In this document: positions 1 to 11,600 of the stretch, piece after piece
Numbering within the stretch: the stretch's first letter is position 1
How the letters are laid out: each line of letters begins with the position of its first letter
Source of the DNA: Azolla caroliniana
Lineage: Eukaryota > Plantae > Polypodiophyta
Reading direction: 5' to 3'
Length of the DNA: 22,057 nt
NCBI GenBank assembly: GCA_043228905.1
Contig: JBHGNT010000513.1
Span: 1-22,057, forward strand
Position numbers and translations under genes: made by a program
The notes under the pieces: generated by a model
Database searches by the model: none
What the model was told of the DNA's origin: nothing
Seen by the model: only the letters and a program-made list of their open reading frames with translations

Positions 1-1295
1 TTCGGATTTCTGTGGACAAACATTCGAATCGAAGATAACAACGTTACCTATGCTATGGAATTACAAAATCAAGATTTTGAAACCCAGGTCGAGAGACATG
101 ACGAAATTACCAAATTTGAGGAGGGAGTTGAGAAGAGCGCGTGCGTAAGTTAAAATGTTCATACCTGGCCCGTGTGATATCGGATTTTGGTGTTCAAACA
201 TGTGAATCGAAGCTAACAACGTTACGTATGATATGGAATTAAAAATTCAAGATTTTGAAACTAAGTTCAAGAAACATGACGAAATTACCAAATTTGAGGA
301 GGGAGTTGAGAAGAGCGCGTGCGTAAGTTAAAATGTTCATACTTGGCCCGTGTGATATCGGATTTTGGTGTTCAAACTTGCGAATCGAAGCTAACAACAC
401 TAGTTATGATATGGAATTAAAAATCAAGATTTTGAAACTCAGTTCGAGAGACATGACGAAATTACCAAATTGGAGGAGGGAGTTTAGAAGAGCGCGTGAG
501 TAAGTTAAAATGTTCATACCTGGCCCGTGTGATATCGGATTTTTGTGTTCAAACATACGAATCGAAGCTAACTACGTTACCTATGATATGGAATTTAAAA
601 ATCAAGATTTGAAACTTAGGTCGAGAGACATGAAGAAATTAGTAAATTCGAGCCGGGAGTTGAGAAGAAGGCGTGAGTAAATTAAAATGTTCATACCTGG
701 CCCATTCGATATCGGATTTTAGTGTTCAAACATACGAATCGAAGCTAACAACTCTAGCTATGATATGGAATTACAAAATCCAGATTTTGAAACCCAGGTC
801 AAGCGACATGACGAAATTACCAAATTTGAGGAGGGAGTTGAGAAGAGCGCGTGAGTAAGTTAAAATGTTCATACCTGGCCCGTGTGATATCCGATTTTTG
901 TGTTCAAACATTTGAATCGAATCTAACGACGTTACCGATGATATGGAATTAAAAAATTAAGATTTTGGAACTCAGGTCGAGAGACATGACAAAATTACCA
1001 AATTTGAGGAGGGAGTTGAGAAGCGCACGTCAGTATGTTAAAATGTTCATTCCTGGCTCGTGTGATATCGGATTTTTGTGTTCAAACATTCGAATCGAAG
1101 CTAACAACGCTACCTATGATATAGAGCGCGTGAGTATGTTAAAAATGTTCATACCTGGCCCTTGTGATATCGGATTTTTGTGTTCAAACATTCGAATCGA
1201 AGCTAACAACGTTACCTATGATATGGAATTTAAAAATCAAGATTTTAAAACTCAGGTCGACAGACATGAAGAAATTAGTAAATTCGATGAGGGAG
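1..1295 (-). repeat. 178-bp satellite array, inverted relative to the rest of the window (about 7.5 monomers, runs off the left edge)
   Basis: Motifs GAATCGAAGCTAACAACG, AAATTTGAGGAGGGAGTTGAGAAG and AAAATGTTCATACCTGGCCC recur about every 178 bp. They are the reverse complements of the motifs seen after 1297. Confidence 0.98.
1041..1142 (-). other. Truncated monomer with a 77-bp internal deletion (join at 1122/1123)
   Basis: TACCTATGATAT joins directly to AGAGCGCGTGAG. AAATGTTCAT recurs at 1041 and 1143 (102 bp, including one extra A) instead of 178 bp. Confidence 0.92.
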
Positions 1296-1300
1296 GGTTT
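1291..1300. other. Inversion breakpoint (array polarity switch)
   Basis: ...AATTCGATGAGGGAG | G | GTTTGAACACAAAAATCC...: the left-orientation monomer stops at 1295, one extra G lies at 1296, and the opposite orientation starts at 1297 at a different monomer phase. Confidence 0.95.
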
Positions 1301-2664
1301 GAACACAAAAATCCGATATCACACGAGCCAGGAATGAACATTTTAACATACTGACGTGCGCTTCTCAACTCCCTCCTCAAATTTGGTAATTTTGGTTCAA
1401 GCGACAGGAGTACTGTTTCAAAATCTTGATTTTCTAATTCCATATAATAGGTAACGTTGTTAGCTTCGATTCGCATATTTGAACACAAAAATCCGATATC
1501 ACACGAGCCAGGTATGAACATTTAAATTTACGCACGCGCTCTTCTCAACTCCCTCCTCAATATTGGTAATTTCGTCATGTCTCTCGACCTGAGTGTCAAA
1601 ATCTGGATTTTTTAATTCCATATCATAGCTAGCGTTGTTAGCTCGATTCGAATGTTTGAACACAAAAATCCGATATCACACGGCCCAGGTATGAACATTT
1701 TCACTTACTCACGCGCTATTCTCAACTCCTGCTCAAATTTGGTAATTTCGACATGTCTCTCGACCTGAATTTCAAAATTTGTATTTTGTAATTCCATATG
1801 ATAGCTACCGTTGTTTAGCTTCGATTCGCATGTTTGAACACCAAAATCCGCATATCGAATGGCCAGGTATGAACATTTTAATTTACTCACGCCTTCGTCT
1901 CAACTCCCTCCTCGAATTTACTAATTAATTCATGTCTCTCGACGTGAGTTCCAAAATCTTAATTTTTTAATTCCATATCATCGGTAACGTCGTTAGATCG
2001 ATTCGAATCGTATGTTGAACACAAAAATCGGATATCACACGGTCCAGGTATGAACATTTTAACTTACTCACGCGCTCATCTCAACTCCCTCCTCAAATTT
2101 GATAATTTCGTCATGTCTCCCGAACTGAGTTTCAAAATCTTGATTTTCTAATTCCATATAATAGGTAACGTTGTTAGCTTCGATTCGCATGTTTGAATAC
2201 AAAAATCCGATATCACACGAGCCAGGTATGAACATTTAAATTTACTCACGCGCTATTCTCAACTCCCTCCTTAAATTTGGTAATTTCGTCATGTCTCTTG
2301 ACCTGAGTGTCAAAATCTGGATTTTGTAATTCCATATCATAGCTAGCGTTGTTAGCTTCGATTCGCATGTTTGAACACCAAATCCGATATCGAATGGGCC
2401 AGGTATGAACATTTTAATTTACTCACGCCTTCTTCTCAACTCCCTCATCGAGATTTACTAATTTCTTCATGTCTGTCGACCTGAGTTTTAAAATCTTGAT
2501 TTTTAAATTCCATATCATAGGTAACGTTGTTAGCTTCGATTCGAATGTATGAACACAAAAATCCGATATCACAAGGGCCAGGTATGAACATTTTAACATA
2601 CTCACCGCGTATTGTCAACTCCCTCCTCAATTTCGTAATTTCGTCATGTTTCTCGACCTGAGTT

Positions 2665-5600
2665 TCAAAATCTGGATTTTTTAATTCCATATCATAGCTA
2701 GCGTTGTTAGCTTCGATTCGAATGTTTGAACACAAAATCCGATATCACACGGCCCAGGTATGAACATTTTCACTTACTCACGCGCTATTCTCACTCCCTG
2801 CTCAAATTTGGTAATTTCGTCATGTCTCTCGACCTGAATTTCAAAATTTGGATTTTGTAATTCCATATGATAGCTAGCGTTGTTAGCTTCGATTCGCATG
2901 TTTGAACACCAAAATCCGATATCGAATGGGCCAGGTATGAACATTTTAATTTACTCACGCCTTCTTCTCAACTCCCTCCTCGAATTTACTAATTTCTTCA
3001 TGTCTCTCGACCTGAGTTCCAAAATCTTAATTTTTTAATTCCATATCATCGGTAACGTCGTTAGATTCGATTCGAATGTTTGAACACCAAAATCGGATAT
3101 CACAAGGGCCAGGTATGAACATTTTAACATACTCACGCGCTCTTCTCAACTCCCTCCTCTAATTTGGTAATTTCGTCATGTCTCTCGAACTGAGTTTCAA
3201 AATCTTGATTTTCTAATTCCATATCATAAGTAACATTGTTAGCTTCGATTCGAATGTTTGAACACAGAAATCGGATATCACACGGGCCAGGTATGAACAT
3301 TTTAACTTACTTACGCGCTATTCTCAACTCCCTCCTCAAATTTGGTAATTTCGTCATGTCTCTCGACCTGGGTTTCGAAATCTGGATTTTTTAATTCCAT
3401 ATCATAGGTAGCGTTGTTAGCTTCGATTCGCATGTTTGAACACAAAAATCTGATATCACACTGGCTAGGTATGAACATTTTAATTTACTCACGCGCTATT
3501 GTCAACTCCCTCCTCAAATTTCGTAATTTCGTCATGTTTCTCGACCTGAGTTTCAAAATCTGGATTTTGTAATTCCATATCATAACTAGCGTTGTTAGCT
3601 TCGATTCGCATGTTTGAACACCAAAATCGGATATCACACGGGCCAGGTATGAACATTTTAATTTTATCACGCGCTGTTCTCAACTCCCTCCTCAAATTTG
3701 GTAATTTCGTCATGTCTCCCGAGCTGAGTTTCAAAATCTTGATTTTCTAATTCCATATAATAGGTAACGTTGTTAGCTTCGATTCGCATATTTGAACACA
3801 GAAATCCGATATCACACGAGCCAGGTATGAACATTTAAATTTACGCACACGCTCTTCTCAACTCCCTCCTCAAATTTGGTAATTTCGTCATGTCTCTCGA
3901 CCTGAGTGTCAAAATCTGGATTTTTTAATTCCATATCATAGCTAGCGTTGTTAGCTTCGATTCGAATGTTTGAACACAAAAATCCTATATCACACGGCCC
4001 AGGTATGAACATTTTCACTTACTCACGCGCTATTCTCAACTCCCTGCTCAAATTTGGTAATTTCGTCATGTCTCTCGACCTGAATTTCAAAATTTGGATT
4101 TTGTAATTCAATATGATAGCTAGCGTTGTTAACTTCGATTCGCATGTTTGAACACCAAAATCCGATATCGAATGGGCCAGGTATGAACATTTTAATTTAC
4201 TCACGCCTTCTTCTCAACTCCCTCCTCGAATTTACTAATTACTTCATGTGTCTCGACCTGAGTTTCAAAATCTTGATTTTTTAATTCCATATCATCGGTA
4301 ACGTCGTTAGATTCGATTCGAATGTTTGAACACAAAAATCCGATATCACACGGGCCAGGTATGAACATTTTAATTTTATCACGCGCTGTTCTCAACTCCC
4401 TCCTCAAATTTGGTAATTTCGTCATGTCTCTCGAACTGAGTTTCAAAATCTTGATTTTTTAATTCCATATCATACGTAACGTTGTTAGCTTCGATTCACA
4501 TGTTTGAAAACCAAAATCCGATATCACACGGGCCAGGTATGAACATTTTAACTTACTCACGCGCTCTTCTGAACTCCCTCCTCTAATTTGGTAATTTCGT
4601 CATGTTTCTCGACCTGAGTTTCAAAATCTGGATTTTGTAATTCCATATCATAACTAGCGTTGTTAGCTTCGATTCGCATGTTTGAACACCAAAATCGGAT
4701 ATCACACGGGCCAGGTATGAACATTTTAATTTTATCACACGCTGTTCTCAACTCCCTCCTCAAATTTGGTAATTTCGTCAGGTCTCCCGAACTGAGTTTC
4801 AAAATCTTGATTTTTAAATTCCATATCATAGGTAACGTTGTTAGCTTCGATTTGAATGTTTGAACACAAAAATCCGATATCACAAGGGCCAGGTATGAAT
4901 ATTTTAACATACTCACGCGCTCTTCTCAACTCCCTCCTCTAATTTGGTAATTTCGTCATGTCTCTTGAACTGAGTTTCAAAATCTTGATTTTTTAATTCC
5001 ATATCATAGGTAGCGTTGTTAGCTTCGATTCGCAAGTTTGAACACAAAAATCCGATATCACACGGGCCAGGTATGAACATTTAAATTTACTCACGCGCTA
5101 TTCTCAACTCCCTCCTCAAATTTGGTAATTTCGTCATGTTTCTCGACCTGAATTTCAAAATTTGGATTTTGTAATTCCATATGATAGCTAGCGTTGTTAG
5201 CTTCGATTCGCATGTTTGAACACCAAAATCCGATATCGAATGGGCCAGGTATGAACATTTTAATTTACTCACGCCTTCTTCTCAACTCTCTCCTCGAATT
5301 TACTAATTACTTCATGTCTCTCGACCTGAGTTTTAAAATCTTGATTTTTAAATTCCATATCATAGGTAACGTTGTTAGCTTCGATTCGAATGTTTGAACA
5401 CAAAAATCCGATATCACAAGGGCCAGGTATGAACATTTTAACATACTCACGCGCTCTTCTCAACTCCCTCCTCTAATTTGGTAATTTCGTCATGTCTCTC
5501 GAACTGAGTTTCAAAATCTTGATTTTCTAATTCCATATCATAAGTAACATTGTTAGCTTCGATTCGAATGTTTGAACACCAAAATCGGATATCACACGGG

Positions 5601-8600
5601 CCAGGTAAGAACATTTTAATTTTATCACGCGCTGTTCTCAACTCCCTCCTCAAATTTGGTAATTTGGTCATGTCTCTCGAACTGAGTTTCAAAATTTTGA
5701 TTTTTTAATTCCATATCATAGGTAGCGTTGTTAGCTTCGATTCGCATGTCTGAACACAAAAATCTGATATCACACTGGCTAGGTATGAACATTTTAATTT
5801 ACTCACGCGCTATTGTCAACTCCCTCCTCAAATTTCGTAATTTCGTCATGTTTCTCGACCTGAGTTTCAAAATCTAGATTTTGTAATTCCATATCATAAC
5901 TAGCGTTGTTAGCTTCGATTCGCATGTTTGAACACCAAAATCGGATATCACACGGGCCAGGTATGAACATTTTAACTTACTCACGCGCTATTCTCAACTC
6001 CCTCCTCAAATTTGGTAATTTTGTCATGTCTCCCGAACTGAGTTTCAAAATCTTGATTTTCTAATTCCATATAATAGGTAACGTTGTTAGCTTCGATTCG
6101 CATATTTGAACACAAAAATCCGATATCACACGAGCCAGGTATGAACATTTAAATTTACGCACGCGCTCTTCTCAACTCCCTCCTCAAATTTGGTAATTTC
6201 GTCATGTCTCTCGACCTGAGTATCAAAATCTGGATTTTTTAATTCCATATCATAGCTAGCGTTGTTAGCTTCGATTCGAATGTTTGAACACAAAAATCCG
6301 ATATCACACGGCCCAGGTATGAACATTTTCACTTACTCACGCGCTATTCTCAACTCCCTGCTCAAATTTGGTAATTTCGTCATGTCTCTCGACCTGAATT
6401 TCAAAATTTGGATTTTGTAATTCCATATGATAGCTAGCGTTGTTAGCTTCGATTCGCATGTTTGAACACCAAAATCCGATATCGAATGGGCCAGGTATGA
6501 ACATTTTAATTTACTCACGCCTTCTTCTCAACTCCCTCCTCGAATTTACTAATTTCTTCATGTCTCTCGACCTGAGTTCCAAAATCTTAATTTTTTAATT
6601 CCATATCATCGGTAACGTCGTTAGATTCGATTCGAATGTTTGAACACCAAAATCGGATATCACAAGGGCCAGGTATGAACATTTTAACATACTCACGCGC
6701 TCTTCTCAACTCCCTCCTCTAATTTGGTAATTTCGTCATGTCTCTCGAACTGAGTTTCAAAATCTTGATTTTCTAATTCCATATCATAAGTAACATTGTT
6801 AGCTTCGATTCGAATGTTTGAACACAGAAATCGGATATCACACGGGCCAGGTATGAACATTTTAACTTACTTACGCGCTATTCTCAACTCCCTCCTCAAA
6901 TTTGGTAATTTCGTCATGTCTCTCGACCTGGGTTTCGAAATCTGGATTTTTTAATTCCATATCATAGGTAGCGTTGTTAGCTTCGATTCGCATGTTTGAA
7001 CACAAAAATCTGATATCACACTGGCTAGGTATGAACATTTTAATTTTATCACGCGCTATTGTCAACTCCCTCCTCAAATTTCGTAATTTCGTCATGTTTC
7101 TCGACCTGAGTTTCAAAATCTGGATTTTGCAATTCCATATCATAACTAGCGTTGTTAGCTTCGATTCGCATGTTTGAACACCAAAATCGGATATCACACG
7201 GGCCAGGTATGAACATTTTAATTTTATCACGCGCTGTTCTCAACTCCCTCCTCAAATTTGGTAATTTCGTCATGTCTCCCGAGCTGAGTTTCAAAATCTT
7301 GATTTTCTAATTCCATATAATAGGTAACGTTGTTAGCTTCGATTCGCATATTTGAACACAGAAATCCGATATCACACGAGCCAGGTATGAACATTTAAAT
7401 TTACGCACACGCTCTTCTCAACTCCCTCCTCAAATTTGGTAATTTCGTCATGTCTCTCGACCTGAGTGTCAAAATCTGGATTTTTTAATTCCATATCATA
7501 GCTAGCGTTGTTAGCTTCGATTCGAATGTTTGAACACAAAAATCCTATATCACACGGCCCAGGTATGAACATTTTCACTTACTCACGCGCTATTCTCAAC
7601 TCCCTGCTCAAATTTGGTAATTTCGTCATGTCTCTCGACCTGAATTTCAAAATTTGGATTTTGTAATTCAATATGATAGCTAGCGTTGTTAACTTCGATT
7701 CGCATGTTTGAACACCAAAATCCGATATCGAATGGGCCAGGTATGAACATTTTAATTTACTCACGCCTTCTTCTCAACTCCCTCCTCGAATTTACTAATT
7801 ACTTCATGTGTCTCGACCTGAGTTTCAAAATCTTGATTTTTTAATTCCATATCATCGGTAACGTCGTTAGATTCGATTCGAATGTTTAAACACAAAAATC
7901 CGATATCACACGGGCCAGGTATGAACATTTTAATTTTATCACGCGCTGTTCTCAACTCCCTCCTCAAATTTGGTAATTTCGTCATGTCTCTCGAACTGAG
8001 TTTCAAAATCTTGATTTTTTAATTCCATATCATACGTAACGTTGTTAGCTTCGATTCACATGTTTGAAAACCAAAATCCGATATCACACGGGCCAGGTAT
8101 GAACAATTTAACTTACTCACGCGCTCTTCTGAACTCCCTCCTCTAATTTGGTAATTTCGTCATGTTTCTCGACCTGAGTTTCAAAATCTGGATTTTGTAA
8201 TTCCATATCATAACTAGCGTTGTTAGCTTCGATTCGCATGTTTGAACACCAAAATCGGATATCACACGGGCCAGGTATGAACATTTTAATTTTATCACAC
8301 GCTGTTCTCAACTCCCTCCTCAAATTTGGTAATTTCGTCAGGTCTCCCGAACTGAGTTTCAAAATCTTGATTTTTAAATTCCATATCATAGGTAACGTTG
8401 TTAGCTTCGATTTGAATGTTTGAACACAAAAATCCGATATCACAAGGGCCAGGTATGAATATTTTAACATACTCACGCGCTCTTCTCAACTCCCTCCTCT
8501 AATTTGGTAATTTCGTCATGTCTCTTGAACTGAGTTTCAAAATCTTGATTTTTTAATTCCATATCATAGGTAGCGTTGTTAGCTTCGATTCGCAAGTTTG

Positions 8601-11600
8601 AACACAAAAATCCGATATCACACGGGCCAGGTATGAACATTTAAATTTACTCACGCGCTATTCTCAACTCCCTCCTCAAATTTGGTAATTTCGTCATGTT
8701 TCTCGACCTGAATTTCAAAATTTGGATTTTGTAATTCCATATGATAGCTAGCGTTGTTAGCTTCGATTCGCATGTTTGAACACCAAAATCCGATATCGAA
8801 TGGGCCAGGTATGAACATTTTAATTTACTCACGCCTTCTTCTCAACTCTCTCCTCGAATTTACTAATTACTTCATGTCTCTCGACCTGAGTTTTAAAATC
8901 TTGATTTTTAAATTCCATATCATAGGTAACGTTGTTAGCTTCGATTCGAATGTTTGAACACAAAAATCCGATATCACAAGGGCCAGGTATGAACATTTTA
9001 ACATACTCACGCGCTCTTCTCAACTCCCTCCTCTAATTTGGTAATTTCGTCATGTCTCTCGAACTGAGTTTCAAAATCTTGATTTTCTAATTCCATATCA
9101 TAAGTAACATTGTTAGCTTCGATTCGAATGTTTGAACACCAAAATCGGATATCACACGGGCCAGGTAAGAACATTTTAATTTTATCACGCGCTGTTCTCA
9201 ACTCCCTCCTCAAATTTGGTAATTTGGTCATGTCTCTCGAACTGAGTTTCAAAATTTTGATTTTTTAATTCCATATCATAGGTAGCGTTGTTAGCTTCGA
9301 TTCGCATGTCTGAACACAAAAATCTGATATCACACTGGCTAGGTATGAACATTTTAATTTACTCACGCGCTATTGTCAACTCCCTCCTCAAATTTCGTAA
9401 TTTCGTCATGTTTCTCGACCTGAGTTTCAAAATCTAGATTTTGTAATTCCATATCATAACTAGCGTTGTTAGCTTCGATTCGCATGTTTGAACACCAAAA
9501 TCGGATATCACACGGGCCAGGTATGAACATTTTAACTTACTCACGCGCTATTCTCAACTCCCTCCTCAAATTTGGTAATTTTGTCATGTCTCCCGAACTG
9601 AGTTTCAAAATCTTGATTTTCTAATTCCATATAATAGGTAACGTTGTTAGCTTCGATTCGCATATTTGAACACAAAAATCCGATATCACACGAGCCAGGT
9701 ATGAACATTTAAATTTACGCACGCGCTCTTCTCAACTCCCTCCTCAAATTTGGTAATTTCGTCATGTCTCTCGACCTGAGTATCAAAATCTGGATTTTTT
9801 AATTCCATATCATAGCTAGCGTTGTTAGCTTCGATTCGAATGTTTGAACACAAAAATCCGATATCACACGGCCCAGGTATGAACATTTTCACTTACTCAC
9901 GCGCTATTCTCAACTCCCTGCTCAAATTTGGTAATTTCGTCATGTCTCTCGACCTGAATTTCAAAATTTGGATTTTGTAATTCCATATGATAGCTAGCGT
10001 TGTTAGCTTCGATTCGCATGTTTGAACACCAAAATCCGATATCGAATGGGCCAGGTATGAACATTTTAATTTACTCACGCCTTCTTCTCAACTCCCTCCT
10101 CGAATTTACTAATTTCTTCATGTCTCTCGACCTGAGTTCCAAAATCTTAATTTTTTAATTCCATATCATCGGTAACGTCGTTAGATTCGATTCGAATGTT
10201 TGAACACCAAAATCGGATATCACAAGGGCCAGGTATGAACATTTTAACATACTCACGCGCTCTTCTCAACTCCCTCCTCTAATTTGGTAATTTCGTCATG
10301 TCTCTCGAACTGAGTTTCAAAATCTTGATTTTCTAATTCCATATCATAAGTAACATTGTTAGCTTCGATTCGAATGTTTGAACACAGAAATCGGATATCA
10401 CACGGGCCAGGTATGAACATTTTAACTTACTTACGCGCTATTCTCAACTCCCTCCTCAAATTTGGTAATTTCGTCATGTCTCTCGACCTGGGTTTCGAAA
10501 TCTGGATTTTTTAATTCCATATCATAGGTAGCGTTGTTAGCTTCGATTCGCATGTTTGAACACAAAAATCTGATATCACACTGGCTAGGTATGAACATTT
10601 TAATTTTATCACGCGCTATTGTCAACTCCCTCCTCAAATTTCGTAATTTCGTCATGTTTCTCGACCTGAGTTTCAAAATCTGGATTTTGTAATTCCATAT
10701 GATAACTAGCGTTGTTAGCTTCGATTCGCATGTTTGAACACCAAAATCGGATATCACACGGGCCAGGTATGAACATTTTAATTTTATCACGCGCTGTTCT
10801 CAACTCCCTCCTCAAATTTGGTAATTTCGTCATGTCTCCCGAGCTGAGTTTCAAAATCTTGATTTTCTAATTCCATATAATAGGTAACGTTGTTAGCTTC
10901 GATTCGCATATTTGAACACAGAAATCCGATATCACACGAGCCAGGTATGAACATTTAAATTTACGCACACGCTCTTCTCAACTCCCTCCTCAAATTTGGT
11001 AATTTCGTCATGTCTCTCGACCTGAGTGTCAAAATCTGGATTTTTTAATTCCATATCATAGCTAGCGTTGTTAGCTTCGATTCGAATGTTTGAACACAAA
11101 AATCCTATATCACACGGCCCAGGTATGAACATTTTCACTTACTCACGCGCTATTCTCAACTCCCTGCTCAAATTTGGTAATTTCGTCATGTCTCTCGACC
11201 TGAATTTCAAAATTTGGATTTTGTAATTCAATATGATAGCTAGCGTTGTTAACTTCGATTCGCATGTTTGAACACCAAAATCCGATATCGAATGGGCCAG
11301 GTATGAACATTTTAATTTACTCACGCCTTCTTCTCAACTCCCTCCTCGAATTTACTAATTACTTCATGTGTCTCGACCTGAGTTTCAAAATCTTGATTTT
11401 TTAATTCCATATCATCGGTAACGTCGTTAGATTCGATTCGAATGTTTGAACACAAAAATCCGATATCACACGGGCCAGGTATGAACATTTTAATTTTATC
11501 ACGCGCTGTTCTCAACTCCCTCCTCAAATTTGGTAATTTCGTCATGTCTCTCGAACTGAGTTTCAAAATCTTGATTTTTTAATTCCATATCATACGTAAC

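Larger units (their letters stand above)
990..1394. repeat. Perfect 98-bp inverted repeat (arms 990-1087 and 1297-1394, 209-bp spacer) spanning the inversion junction
   Basis: 1297-1394 reads as the exact reverse complement of 990-1087, including the rare variants AAGCGCACGTCAGTATG and TTCATTCCTGGCTCG. Confidence 0.92.

Noticed and set aside
990-1394. MITE or foldback transposon defined by the 98-bp inverted repeats
   Set aside because: Arms and spacer are all satellite sequence, there is no target-site duplication, and the flanks continue as satellite in opposite orientations.
965-1521. Longest ORF (965-1354, 129 aa) and its antisense partner (1252-1521)
   Set aside because: They are open only because the deletion and inversion junction removed stop codons; the content is satellite sequence.
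3300-3480. Internal sub-repeat within the monomer (AAAATC, ATATCA and TGAACA each occur twice)
   Set aside because: The offsets are inconsistent (about 68, 53 and 35 bp) and the matches are short in AT-rich DNA, so a dimeric origin is not supported.
4519-4532. CENP-B-box-like motif (TCCGATATCACACGGG in many monomers; TTCGATATCGAACGGG near 16620)
   Set aside because: The functional core is TTCG-N4-A-N2-CGGG. Here the spacing is one base too long and the usual 5' end is TCCG, so it does not fit.
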